NCBI RefSeq assembly: GCF_008065095.1
Contig: NZ_CP042911.1
Span: 8,880,001-8,912,000 of the forward strand
Direction: 5' to 3'
DNA: 32,000 nucleotides
Origin: Gemmata obscuriglobus
GTDB taxonomy: Bacteria; Planctomycetota; Planctomycetia; Gemmatales; Gemmataceae
This document shows, in pieces, positions 1 through 8,820 of the stretch. Both the position numbers and the translations under genes were made by a program. The notes under the pieces were generated by a model. The model saw only the letters and a program-made list of their open reading frames with translations. It searched no databases and had not been told where the DNA came from. Position 1 is the first letter of the stretch; every line of letters begins with the position of its first letter.

Positions 1-119
1 TAGTTGCCGCGGTGGGCGTTGCCCTTGATCGGCCCGTTGTACTTCCGGCGGGTCGTGCGCCCGCGGACGACGCCGCGCTGCGCCTTGCGGAACTTGACCC
101 GTTTGGGCATCTGTGGCAT
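1..119 (-). CDS. rplP: 50S ribosomal protein L16, N-terminal part (gene runs off the window edge)
   Basis: Hand translation of the minus strand from ATG at 119 (an in-frame ATG also lies at 110) gives MPQMPKRVKFRKAQRGVVRGRTTRRKYNGPIKGNAHRGN. This matches the conserved L16 N-terminus (PKRxKFRK). It lies directly downstream of rpsC, as in the S10 operon. Confidence 0.9.
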   Translation of the reverse strand, partial: MPQMPKRVKFRKAQRGVVRGRTTRRKYNGPIKGNAHRGN

Positions 120-265
120 CGCCGCTCTCCCTCACACACAAGAGAGGTCAGAGGTCAGAAGGCAGAGGGCCAGAAGTTCCCGGCCACGCTCCGCCCACAG
201 CGCTCTTTCCGACCTCAGGCCTCTGATCGCTGACTTCCAGCAGTTGCAATCGGAATCCGCAGCCT

Positions 266-1039
266 TTAGCGAGGACCGCCGCCGCCACCGTCCCCCCGCC
301 CACCGCGACGGGGCCGCCGCCGCTGCTGCTGGCCCGCACCGGCTTCGGTCGTATCGGCAATGTCACCGGTCAGGTAGTCGCCCTGGTTCACCCAGGCCTT
401 GATACCGATGTTGCCCTGCGGCGTGACGGCCTCAGCGAACCCGTACTCGACCTTCACCCGCAGCGTCGACAGCGGGATGGAGCCTTCCATCCCCTTCTCG
501 CAGCGGGCCATTTCGGCGCCGCCGAGGCGGCCCGACAGTTGGAGCTTCACGCCCTTCGCGCCGCCTTCCATCGCCCGCTGCATGGCCTGCTTCATCGTGC
601 GACGGAAGCTCGCCCGCTTTTCGAGCTGCTCCGCGATGTCTTCCGCGATGAGCTGGGCGTCGATCTCCGGCCGGGTCACCTCGACGGTCTTCACCTCGAT
701 GTGCCGCCGGGTGAGCTTCTCGAGCGCTTTGGTCAGCTTCTCGATCTTCTCGCCCTTCTTGCCGATGATCGCACCGACCCGGCTGGACGCGACCACGACG
801 GTCACCCGCTCCCGGGTCCGCTCGATGCGGATGTCGGCGATGGCGGGCCGCTGCTCTTTGCGGTCCTTCTTGTTCGTCAGGTACTTCTGGATGAACGCGC
901 GGATGGCGACGTCTTCCAGCAGCAGGTCCGCGAACGAGTTGCCGTCGGCGGCCGGGGAGTTCTTGGGCGCGTACCACGTACTCCGCCACGGCCGCATGAT
1001 GCCGGTCCGGAACCCCGTCGGTCGAACTTTCTGGCCCAT
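266..1039 (-). CDS. rpsC: 30S ribosomal protein S3, with an Arg/Gly-rich C-terminal tail
   Basis: 257-aa ORF with an MGQKVRPTGFRTGI start, a KH-type GKKG motif (IIGKKGEKIEKL) and the S3 C-domain (LSGRLGGAEMARCEKGMEGSIPLSTLRVKVEYG). It sits between rplV and rplP. Confidence 0.97.
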   Translation of the reverse strand: MGQKVRPTGFRTGIMRPWRSTWYAPKNSPAADGNSFADLLLEDVAIRAFIQKYLTNKKDRKEQRPAIADIRIERTRERVTVVVASSRVGAIIGKKGEKIEKLTKALEKLTRRHIEVKTVEVTRPEIDAQLIAEDIAEQLEKRASFRRTMKQAMQRAMEGGAKGVKLQLSGRLGGAEMARCEKGMEGSIPLSTLRVKVEYGFAEAVTPQGNIGIKAWVNQGDYLTGDIADTTEAGAGQQQRRRPRRGGRGDGGGGGPR

Positions 1040-1147
1040 ATCAAAAACCCCGGTGTCTTCCTATCTTTCGCCGACCGCACGACGCCTGGAGTGTAACAGG
1101 CGAGGGGCCGGACCGGCCGGCCCCCAGCACTACGCTTTTTGCACCGC

Positions 1148-1549
1148 TCACGCCGTCGGAGCAACGGTCTCGGCTGGCGTCGTCGCAGCGGACGGAGCCG
1201 GAACAGGCTCGCTTGCCGCCGGATCGGACAGCGTCACGTGAATGTGCGACATCCGTCGCAGGATACCGAACGCGGTGCCACGAGCGCGGGGCTGGATCCG
1301 CTTGAACGTCGGCGCGCCGTCGACGCGGCACTCCGAAACGATCAGGCTGTCCGGGTCCGGACACTCGCGGTCGTCGGCGTTGCCGTACGCGCTCTTCACA
1401 ACGGCCAGGAGCAACTTCGCTCCGCGGTTGTGGTAGAAGGTCAGCAGTTGGAGCGCCTCGTCCACGTTCTTACCGCGGATCAGGTCGGCGAAGAGCCGAA
1501 TCTTACGCGGGCCGACGTCGGCGAACCGGTGAATCGCTTTGTAGTCCAT
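1148..1549 (-). CDS. rplV: 50S ribosomal protein L22
   Basis: From the internal ATG at 1549 the protein reads MDYKAIHRFADVGPRKIRLFADLIRGKNVDEALQLLTF...APTFKRIQPRARGTAFGILRRMSHIHVTL, which is typical L22. The 15 codons upstream in the ORF track entry are not L22-like. A Pro/Ala-rich C-terminal extension is present. Confidence 0.93.
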   Translation of the reverse strand: MDYKAIHRFADVGPRKIRLFADLIRGKNVDEALQLLTFYHNRGAKLLLAVVKSAYGNADDRECPDPDSLIVSECRVDGAPTFKRIQPRARGTAFGILRRMSHIHVTLSDPAASEPVPAPSAATTPAETVAPTA

Positions 1550-1674
1550 AGCAATCAGTGGCCAGTGTGCCGTCGGCAGTGCTGTTCGCGACATCGGGTG
1601 CCGTTGTCACCACGCGACAACGTCTCGGTCGGTCGGCACTGCCCACTGCCCACCAACCACTGCCCACTTTTTCG

Positions 1675-1947
1675 TTACTTGGCCGCAGCCTTCTTCCCGC
1701 CCGAGTGGCCCTTGAAGGTCCGCGTCGGGGAGAACTCGCCGAGCTTGTGCCCGACCATGTCTTCCGTGCAGTAGACCTTGAAAAAGGTCTTACCGTTGTG
1801 GACAAGGAACGTCGCGCCGATGAATTCGGGGACGATCGTGCAGTCCCGCGACCACGTCTTGATCGGTTCCTTGCCTTGGCCCTGCTTCTCGACCTTCGCC
1901 AGCAGACGGAGGTCGACGTGCGGACCTTTCTTCAGCGACCGGCTCAT
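1675..1947 (-). CDS. rpsS: 30S ribosomal protein S19
   Basis: From ATG at 1947 the protein reads [16 protein letters not shown]...[24 protein letters not shown]...[18 protein letters not shown], the canonical S19 sequence. It sits between rplB and rplV. Confidence 0.96.
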   Translation of the reverse strand: MSRSLKKGPHVDLRLLAKVEKQGQGKEPIKTWSRDCTIVPEFIGATFLVHNGKTFFKVYCTEDMVGHKLGEFSPTRTFKGHSGGKKAAAK

Positions 1948-2106
1948 GCTTTCTTTCGCCTCGTGAACTCGGCGCCCCGGACAAAGCAAAAACCCGGCAC
2001 ATTCAAACCGGGAAGAATCACTATATGAACGCTTCGAGAGGGAGGCCAGTTGTTTTTAGCTAACCGGCCTTCCCGGCAAACAATTCGCTACCGAACCAGA
2101 ACGCGA

Positions 2107-2985
2107 TCAGGCGGTGTTCTGGAACCGACCCGCCGGACGGCGGCGAATGATCGCCTTGCCGCCGGGCTTCCGCTTGTGGCGGGTCTTGCCGCCCTTCGCG
2201 GGCACGCCGGTCTTCGAGCACGGGTTGCGACCGCCGGCCGTCCGCCCTTCGCCGCCGCCCATCGGGTGGTCGGTCGGGTTCATCGTCGTGCCGCGGTTGT
2301 GGGGCTTGCGCCCCTTCCACCGCATACGGCCGGCCTTGCCGATGCTGATGTTCATGTGCTCTGCGTTCGACACCACGCCGATCGTCGCGCGGCACTTGCT
2401 CGACACGCGGCGGATTTCGCCGCTCGGCATGGTGAGCTGCGCCCACTCCTTCTCGCGTGCCGTCAGCACCGCACCGCACCCGGCCGAGCGGCAAATCTGG
2501 CCGCCCTTGCCCGGCACCAACTCGACGTTGTGGACCGTCATGCCGAGGGGCACCTTCCACAGCGGCATGCAGTTGCCCGGCTTCGGCTCGACCGCGTCGC
2601 CCTCGCCCGAGATCACCTTGTCGCCGGCCTTCAGGCCGTTCGGCGCAAGGATGTACGCCCGGGAGAAATCGTGCTTCTCGTCGCGAGGGTACTCGATCAG
2701 GGCGATACGACTGGTCCGGTTCGGGTCGTACTCGACGCTGATGACCGTCGCGGCCACATCGTCACGCTTCCGCTTGAAATCGATGACGCGGTAGCGCTGC
2801 TTGTGACCACCCCCACGGAACCGTGACGTCACGATCCCCTGGTTGTTGCGCCCGCCCTTTTTCTTCTTGGGCTTGAGCAGCTTTTTCTCGGGGCTGTTCG
2901 CGCGGGGGGTGGTGCAGTCCGCGAAGTCGGACACCATCCCGGCCCGGCGGCCCGCGGAAGTCGGTTTGTATTGTTTAACGCCCAT
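2107..2985 (-). CDS. rplB: 50S ribosomal protein L2
   Basis: From ATG at 2985 the protein reads MGVKQYKPTSAGRR...GGGHKQRYRVIDFKR...EYDPNRTSRIALI...HNVELVPGKGGQICRSAG...MNPTDHPMGGGEGR, which carries the L2 hallmark motifs. The 22 upstream codons in the ORF track are not L2-like. Confidence 0.97.
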   Translation of the reverse strand: MGVKQYKPTSAGRRAGMVSDFADCTTPRANSPEKKLLKPKKKKGGRNNQGIVTSRFRGGGHKQRYRVIDFKRKRDDVAATVISVEYDPNRTSRIALIEYPRDEKHDFSRAYILAPNGLKAGDKVISGEGDAVEPKPGNCMPLWKVPLGMTVHNVELVPGKGGQICRSAGCGAVLTAREKEWAQLTMPSGEIRRVSSKCRATIGVVSNAEHMNISIGKAGRMRWKGRKPHNRGTTMNPTDHPMGGGEGRTAGGRNPCSKTGVPAKGGKTRHKRKPGGKAIIRRRPAGRFQNTA

Positions 2986-3086
2986 GGCAGTTCTCAGTGG
3001 TCGGTGTTCAGTGTGCAGTCGAAACCAAGTCAGCCGGCGGCCCAGTTGCACTCAACTGCTCACAGCCCACTGACCACTACCCACTG

Positions 3087-3452
3087 TTAGAAGAACTCGA
3101 TCTTGTCTTCCGCGTTCAACGTGACGATGGCCTTCTTCCAGGTCGGGAGCTGGCCGATCGACTGCCGGAACCGCCGCTTCTTGCCCTCGCGCACCTGGGT
3201 GCGGACAGCCTCGACGCGGACGCTGAACAGCTCCTCGATCGCCGCCTTGATCTGCGTCTTGGTGGCGAGCGGGTTCACCTGGAACGTGTAGGCGTTGTAC
3301 CGGGTGCTCTGGTGAGTGCCCTTCTCGGTGACGAGCGGGCGGAGCACCACCTGGTACGGCCGCAGCTCGATGCCGCTCTCGCCGTGAACGCAGGGCTGGC
3401 GCAGCGCCAGCTTGCGCCGGTACTTTTTCGGATGCGGTCGTGTGGTCGCCAT
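3087..3452 (-). CDS. rplW: 50S ribosomal protein L23 with an N-terminal extension
   Basis: 121-aa ORF. The core VLRPLVTEKGTHQSTRYNAYTFQVNPLATKTQIKAAIEELFSVRVEAVRT...KKAIVTL is L23-like. It sits between rplD and rplB. The start is uncertain because of the roughly 30-aa basic N-terminal extension. Confidence 0.9.
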   Translation of the reverse strand: MATTRPHPKKYRRKLALRQPCVHGESGIELRPYQVVLRPLVTEKGTHQSTRYNAYTFQVNPLATKTQIKAAIEELFSVRVEAVRTQVREGKKRRFRQSIGQLPTWKKAIVTLNAEDKIEFF

Positions 3453-3525
3453 CTCTCGCCCTCATCTCCGCCCGACCTGCCGGCCGGAGCTTGCCTCGTG
3501 TGTGTGCCCAGCGGTCCCCGACGCG

Positions 3526-4293
3526 TTACGACTTGGCGGCACCCACCGCCCGCAGCGCCTCGAACGCAGCCTTCGTCAACACGAGCCGCTTCTGCTTCAG
3601 CACCGTGTAGCAGTTGAACTCGGCCGCCGGCAGAACCTTCACGCCTTCGATGTTGCGGGCCGACTTGTAGACGTTCGGGTCGAGTTTCTCGGTCCCGATC
3701 AGCACCGTCGTGTCCGCCAGCGTCAGCTCGATCTCTTTCTCGCCCTGTTCCGTCTTTTTCTTCTTTTTGCCGATCTTGATCGCCTTCAGCACGCCGACGA
3801 CTTCTTTCGTCTTCGGGGCCGCGAGCGCGAACTCGTCGAGAATGACCACTTGCCCGTCCAGGAACTTGGACAGGATCGCCATCCGCGTGGCCGCCTTCAC
3901 CGACTTCTTCGGCAGGTGGTACTCGTAGTCGCGGGGCTTCGGCCCCTTCGCCGTGCCACCACCGCGACGCTTGTTGGTCCGCTTGGTACCGGCACGAGCG
4001 TTACCCGTGCCCTTCTGCCGGAACAGCTTCTTCGTGCTGCCCGCGACCTGACCGCGGCGGAGCGTGTGGTGGGTACCGGCCCGCTGGTTAGCGAGGTACA
4101 TCAGCACCACGTCGTGCATCAACTGGCGGCTGATCTTCCCGCCGAACTCGGACGGGTTGATGTCAACCGTACCGACTTCCGCGCCGGACCGGTTCACGAC
4201 CGGCACCTTCAGGGTGCCCGTGACCTCGATCAAACGAGCAACGGGAGCCGCAACCCCGTTTTCAGGGGCCGATGCCACAGTATTTTCCGCCAT
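3526..4293 (-). CDS. rplD: 50S ribosomal protein L4
   Basis: 255-aa ORF containing LMHDVVLMYLANQRAGTHHTLRRGQVAGSTKKLFRQKGTGNARAGTKRTNKRRGGGTAKGPKPRDY, the L4 signature region. An AGGAG lies about 11 nt upstream of the ATG on the minus strand. Confidence 0.95.
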   Translation of the reverse strand: MAENTVASAPENGVAAPVARLIEVTGTLKVPVVNRSGAEVGTVDINPSEFGGKISRQLMHDVVLMYLANQRAGTHHTLRRGQVAGSTKKLFRQKGTGNARAGTKRTNKRRGGGTAKGPKPRDYEYHLPKKSVKAATRMAILSKFLDGQVVILDEFALAAPKTKEVVGVLKAIKIGKKKKKTEQGEKEIELTLADTTVLIGTEKLDPNVYKSARNIEGVKVLPAAEFNCYTVLKQKRLVLTKAAFEALRAVGAAKS

Positions 4294-4523
4294 TGTTCAG
4301 CCACTCCTGACCATCTCGCCTGCGCCGGTTTGCCCGGCGTAACCGCGGTGTTGAGCAACTCGGCCCTTAACGGGCGGCATGAAGCTCGGCGGTGAAGCGT
4401 GGTCGCGTTCTTCGCATGAAGCCGCCCGCGATGGTGCTTCGATTGAAGCGTCCGCCGCGGGCGGGAGTTAATCTTTGTAGCACTCGTACCGAAAGCGACA
4501 ACAGCGATCCGTGAAAGTTTTGC

Positions 4524-4874
<351 letters not shown>

Positions 4875-4912
4875 CCCCGCACTGCGGCGGGGCGGAAATT
4901 CAGGAAAGTGTA

Positions 4913-4941
4913 AACGTAAGGGTTGTGCGTTCGGGCGTCAA
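4913..4941 (-). promoter_or_regulatory. Candidate sigma70-like promoter for the S10 operon (-35 TTGACG, 17-nt spacer, -10 TACGTT)
   Basis: On the minus strand TTGACG (4941-4936) and TACGTT (4918-4913) are separated by 17 nt. They lie between the terminator-like hairpin of the upstream gene and the rpsJ ATG. Planctomycete promoter rules are poorly defined, so this is a by-eye match only. Confidence 0.3.
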
Positions 4942-5012
4942 GGCTTGAGCGCTACGCGGCATTGCGAATTGTGCGTTCGCTGTTGCCGATCTCTGCCGCC
5001 GCGCATTGAGCC

Positions 5013-5059
5013 GCCGACGCGGTGGCGGTGTGTTTGTTGCGCACCGCTACCGCGTCGGC
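5013..5059 (-). terminator. Long stem-loop 20 nt downstream of the met-zincin stop codon
   Basis: Arm gccgacgcggtggcggtg (5013-5030) pairs with caccgctaccgcgtcggc (5042-5059). This gives 18 bp with one mismatch and an 11-nt loop. There is no U-run, so it is not a canonical intrinsic terminator. Confidence 0.5.
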
Positions 5060-5079
5060 TCACGTGTCAAAACGGTGAG

Positions 5080-7575
5080 TCACTTCTTCTTGTCCGCGGC
5101 GAGCAGCGCGACGATTTCGCTCCGCAGGTCCGCGATGTGCGCCACCGTCAGCGGGTCCTGTGCCTTGCCCTCGGCCGCTTCCAGTTGCTCACCGAGTTTC
5201 GCCAGCGACTGCCGAGCCACGGCCCGCAGCTCGCTCGCCGGGCGCGGGCCGGCCGACCCCGTGCTGAGTCCCGGAATCGATGGCGTGGCCGCCGCAGCCG
5301 GGGGCGCGAACTCCGCCTTCAGCGTGTCGAGGTAGGCCCGCTGGAGCTGGCGCCGCAGCGGGTCGATCTTGGGCGCATCGGCCTTCAGTTCCGAGAACAC
5401 CCCGTCCTGAATGTCGGCGACCAGTTCCGCCGCGGTGTAGGCCTTCTCGGGGGCGAGCAGTTCCGCGTCCGTCAGGCGTGCGAGCCGGACGGGGCTGAGC
5501 AGGCTGCGCAGCAGCAGCCGCTGCTGGTTCGAGACGTCCGAACCGGTCCCGCTGAACTTGAACTGGTTCACCAGCCCCGGGGCCAGCAGCTTGGTCGGCG
5601 TGGTAAACGCGTGGTCGAGCAGGAACTTCACTGCCTCCTTCTGCTTCTCCTTCGACACGCGCGAGAACGCCTCCCCGCCGCGGCCGCCGAGCGTCCGGCT
5701 CTCGACCACCCCGCCCACCTGTTTCGCCACCGCGCCGAACCACCCCAGCCGGGCCTGGAGCATGTCGCCGTACACCTCCTCAAGCAGCGAGTAGTCCTCG
5801 CCCTTCTCCGTGGTCGCCGCGAGCAGGTGCCCCGCGACGCGGTCGAGGTTCTTCAGCCCCAGCGCGGTCACCTGGACCGGGTCGCTGCCGATGTTCTCGG
5901 TCAGCACCGTCGGGTCCACGGACGACGGGCCGTCTTCGCCGCCGAACCGCAGGAACGGGTTGGTGAGCTGCTTCGCGGCCCACTCGTCGAGCGTCTTGCG
6001 CTCCTCGTCCGGGGTCTTCGCGGACGGGATCGGCTTGTACCCCCACTCGATGGCGAAGTAGTCGTACGGCGCGAGCTTCGGCAGCAGGTGCTTGGGGTCC
6101 ACCTTGTCCTCGGGCTGCGCGACGTAGTTGCACCGGCCGTAGGACATGATCGACGCCACGCTCCCGTGCTCGGCGCAGAACTTCGGGTCGCGGAGCTGGC
6201 TCACGGAGTACGCCTGGCTGGCGCGGTGGTTGTGCCGCAGCCCGATCGTGTGCCCGACCTCGTGGGCGCACACGTACCGGATCATGGCCCCGGTGGTCTC
6301 GTCGGGGAGCGGGAACTTGCGGGCCTTCGGGTCCACCGCCGAGCACTGCACGAAGTACCACGTCTGGCAGGTCTTCACGATGTCGTGCCAGAAGATGATG
6401 TGGGCCGAGATCACCTCGCCGGACCGCGGGTCGTGGACGTGCGGCCCCATCGCGTTCTGCACCGGCTCGGCCACCCAGCGGATCACCGAGTGTCGCGCGT
6501 CCTCGGGGTCGAAGTTGGGGTCCTCGGCGCGGGTCGGCACGTCCCGGCACACGATCGCGTTCTTGAACCCGGCCTTCTCGAACGCCGGCGCCCAGTCCTC
6601 GACGCCCTGCTTCATGTACGACCGCCACTTCTCCGGGATCTCCTTCGACAGGTAGAAGGTGATCGGCTTCACCACCTCGCTGACGGCGTCGTTCGGGTTC
6701 TTCTTTTCGAGCCGGAACCGGGTGATGTACTCCCGGGAAACGGCCCAGTTCTTCGGGTGCGCGTAGTCCGCGAACTCCTCGGTGAAGTACCCGACGCGCG
6801 GGTCGAACAGCCGCCCCTGCATCGGCGCCTCGGGCAGCAGCACGAGGCTGTGGTGGACCAGCGCGGTGACGCTCCGCGCCCCGCCGCCCAGCCCCGGCGC
6901 GCCGAACGGCGAGCCGCCGCCGCTGGCGCGGAACGTGATCGTCGCGCGGGCCTCGATGTTCGAGGGGAACGCTTTCACCTCCGACAGGTACGAGCGCGAG
7001 GAGTCCACGCTCGCCCCGCTCACCCCCGCCGCGCGGGTAATGGGCAGGTCCGTCAGCCCCAGGATGAACGTGTCCGACACGTTGACGACCGCGGCCCGGT
7101 CCTTGCCCTCGCACTCCACGTTGAACACCGCGACGATGGCGTCGGTGGCGCTGGCGTCGATGGCCGCCTGCACGGCCTTGCCGTCGGACCGCTTGGAGAA
7201 CCCGACCTTCCACAGGTACATCTTGTTGCCGCGGCGCTCGAACTTCAGCACCGTGTGCCCGAGGTCCGCGCCGCCCCAGCTCCCGCCCATGCCGCCGCCC
7301 GGCCCCTTCGCGACCTCGGCGCGCCAGAGGAGCAGCCGGCCCTGCTTGTCCTGTGGGATCTCGAAATACAACTTGTCCTCGTGTCGGTGGACCGCGAACA
7401 CCCCCGGTGAGGTCGTGAAGTCCTTGGTAATAACGTCGTCGTACTTCTTGAGGTCGCCGAGCTTGGAGACGCTCCGGGGCGGCGGGGCCGGCTGCTTCGC
7501 GCCGGCCGTGTCGGCACGGGAGGTGAGGAGGGCGAGCGCGGCGACGAAGCCGGCGCTCGCAAGGCGGGTGCGCAT
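5080..7575 (-). CDS. Secreted zinc-dependent metalloprotease (met-zincin; large DUF4953/DUF5117-type architecture)
   Basis: The HEVGHTIGLRH (HExxHxxGxxH) motif is encoded at 6232-6264. From ATG at 7575 the N-terminus MRTRLASAGFVAALALLTSRADTAGA looks like a Sec signal peptide. Protein length is about 831 aa. The ORF extends to an upstream ATG at 7620, which is an alternative start. Confidence 0.88.
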   Translation of the reverse strand: MRTRLASAGFVAALALLTSRADTAGAKQPAPPPRSVSKLGDLKKYDDVITKDFTTSPGVFAVHRHEDKLYFEIPQDKQGRLLLWRAEVAKGPGGGMGGSWGGADLGHTVLKFERRGNKMYLWKVGFSKRSDGKAVQAAIDASATDAIVAVFNVECEGKDRAAVVNVSDTFILGLTDLPITRAAGVSGASVDSSRSYLSEVKAFPSNIEARATITFRASGGGSPFGAPGLGGGARSVTALVHHSLVLLPEAPMQGRLFDPRVGYFTEEFADYAHPKNWAVSREYITRFRLEKKNPNDAVSEVVKPITFYLSKEIPEKWRSYMKQGVEDWAPAFEKAGFKNAIVCRDVPTRAEDPNFDPEDARHSVIRWVAEPVQNAMGPHVHDPRSGEVISAHIIFWHDIVKTCQTWYFVQCSAVDPKARKFPLPDETTGAMIRYVCAHEVGHTIGLRHNHRASQAYSVSQLRDPKFCAEHGSVASIMSYGRCNYVAQPEDKVDPKHLLPKLAPYDYFAIEWGYKPIPSAKTPDEERKTLDEWAAKQLTNPFLRFGGEDGPSSVDPTVLTENIGSDPVQVTALGLKNLDRVAGHLLAATTEKGEDYSLLEEVYGDMLQARLGWFGAVAKQVGGVVESRTLGGRGGEAFSRVSKEKQKEAVKFLLDHAFTTPTKLLAPGLVNQFKFSGTGSDVSNQQRLLLRSLLSPVRLARLTDAELLAPEKAYTAAELVADIQDGVFSELKADAPKIDPLRRQLQRAYLDTLKAEFAPPAAAATPSIPGLSTGSAGPRPASELRAVARQSLAKLGEQLEAAEGKAQDPLTVAHIADLRSEIVALLAADKKK

Positions 7576-7898
7576 CGGGTGGGAACCTCGGAATAGGCCG
7601 GTCCGGTCGTCGCGGGCCAACGGACGCGCGGGCAGCCGTCGCCCCTGGTCCGCAGGGGAACACGGCAGAACCGTTGGCCCGGCGTCGCCGGATTCAGGTT
7701 GGGGTAACTAGGAATATCCTACCGCCTGGGTAAAGAATGCGGGGGCCACATGTCGAAAAGCGCGCGAGGCCATGTCGCTACAACCGGAATATCAGGCCCG
7801 GCCGCGAGTCTCGAAGGCCCCGCGGCGCGGAACCGCGCGAAACGGCCGCGACCTGTGCCCGATACTCTTCTGGCGCTGCGCGCACAGGAGCTTCCGGT

Positions 7899-8768
7899 AT
7901 GACGCCGCTCTGTCTGGTCACCCTCTGCGCGATCGGCGCCGACCCGGCGCCATACCCGTACCCGAGCGCCCCCCCCCTGACCCCGCCCGACGTCGCGGCG
8001 CGGCGGGTGCCGTTCTACCTGAAGCCGGTCGAGAAGCGGATGCGCGAGCGGGTCGCGCAACTGGCGTTCGTCGGTGCAGGGCGCCCCGCACCGGCCCAAT
8101 CGTTCCTGTGGCAGCCGGCGTTTCAGGAGGACCACATCCTCCGCACCCCGGTGCGCGAGTACGTTCCGCAGCCGGGCGACATCGTGCTGAGCGCCGACGG
8201 CTCCCTGTTCTGGAAGACGATGCACAACCTCGCGGGCACCAGCCACCCGACGCACTCGATGATCGTGTTCCAGATGCCCGACGGGAAAATGGGCATCATT
8301 GAGGGCGGGCCGCACGACACGCTGAAGTGTCGCGTGCTGGAGGCCCTCCCGCACATGCTCTCCTACGAGAACGAGGGGCGCGTGTGGGTGCGGCGCCGCG
8401 CGTGCCCGCTCACGCCCGAGCAGTCGGCCCGGCTGACCGAGTTCGCGCTGGCCGTGGACGGGCGCGAGTTCGCCATCAAGCGGCTGGCGCGACAGCTCAC
8501 GCCGTTCCGCACCCGCGGCCCGGTGCGCACGTTCTTCGTGGGTCAGCCCCACGGCATCGGCCACGACAGCTACTTCTGTAGCGAGTTGGTGACCGAGGCG
8601 TGCGTGTACGCGGGCCTGCTGGACCCGCGCACGGCGCGCCCGTCGGCGACGTACCCGCGCGACCTGTTCATGGACCACTCGCTGAACCCCTACCTGAACC
8701 GCTATCTGAAGCTGGCCCCGGCGTGGGACCCGCCGGCCCGTTGGACCAGTTGGGCGCCGGGGCGTTGA
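7899..8768 (+). CDS. Permuted papain-like (NlpC/P60-related, YiiX/YaeF C92-like) protein with a hydrophobic N-terminus
   Basis: From ATG at 7899 (AGGAG at 7886-7890) the protein has GDIVLSADGS...SHPTHSMIVF (His segment) followed by the Cys segment SYFCSELV (Cys codon 8577-8579). His before Cys is the order expected for the circularly permuted C92 family. The N-terminus is MTPLCLVTLCAIG. Confidence 0.7.
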   Translation: MTPLCLVTLCAIGADPAPYPYPSAPPLTPPDVAARRVPFYLKPVEKRMRERVAQLAFVGAGRPAPAQSFLWQPAFQEDHILRTPVREYVPQPGDIVLSADGSLFWKTMHNLAGTSHPTHSMIVFQMPDGKMGIIEGGPHDTLKCRVLEALPHMLSYENEGRVWVRRRACPLTPEQSARLTEFALAVDGREFAIKRLARQLTPFRTRGPVRTFFVGQPHGIGHDSYFCSELVTEACVYAGLLDPRTARPSATYPRDLFMDHSLNPYLNRYLKLAPAWDPPARWTSWAPGR

Positions 8769-8820
8769 TTCCGGGCGGCGGGTGGGGGAGAATGGCGCCC
8801 CCGCCTTTGCCGGAGGCGCC

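Noticed and set aside
4294-4523. Possible degraded rplC pseudogene in the rpsJ-rplD spacer
   Set aside because: 230 nt is far too short for L3, which is about 210 aa. My reading of the minus-strand frames shows stops and nothing resembling the L3 N-terminus (GxxGxKxGMT). I treated it as non-coding.
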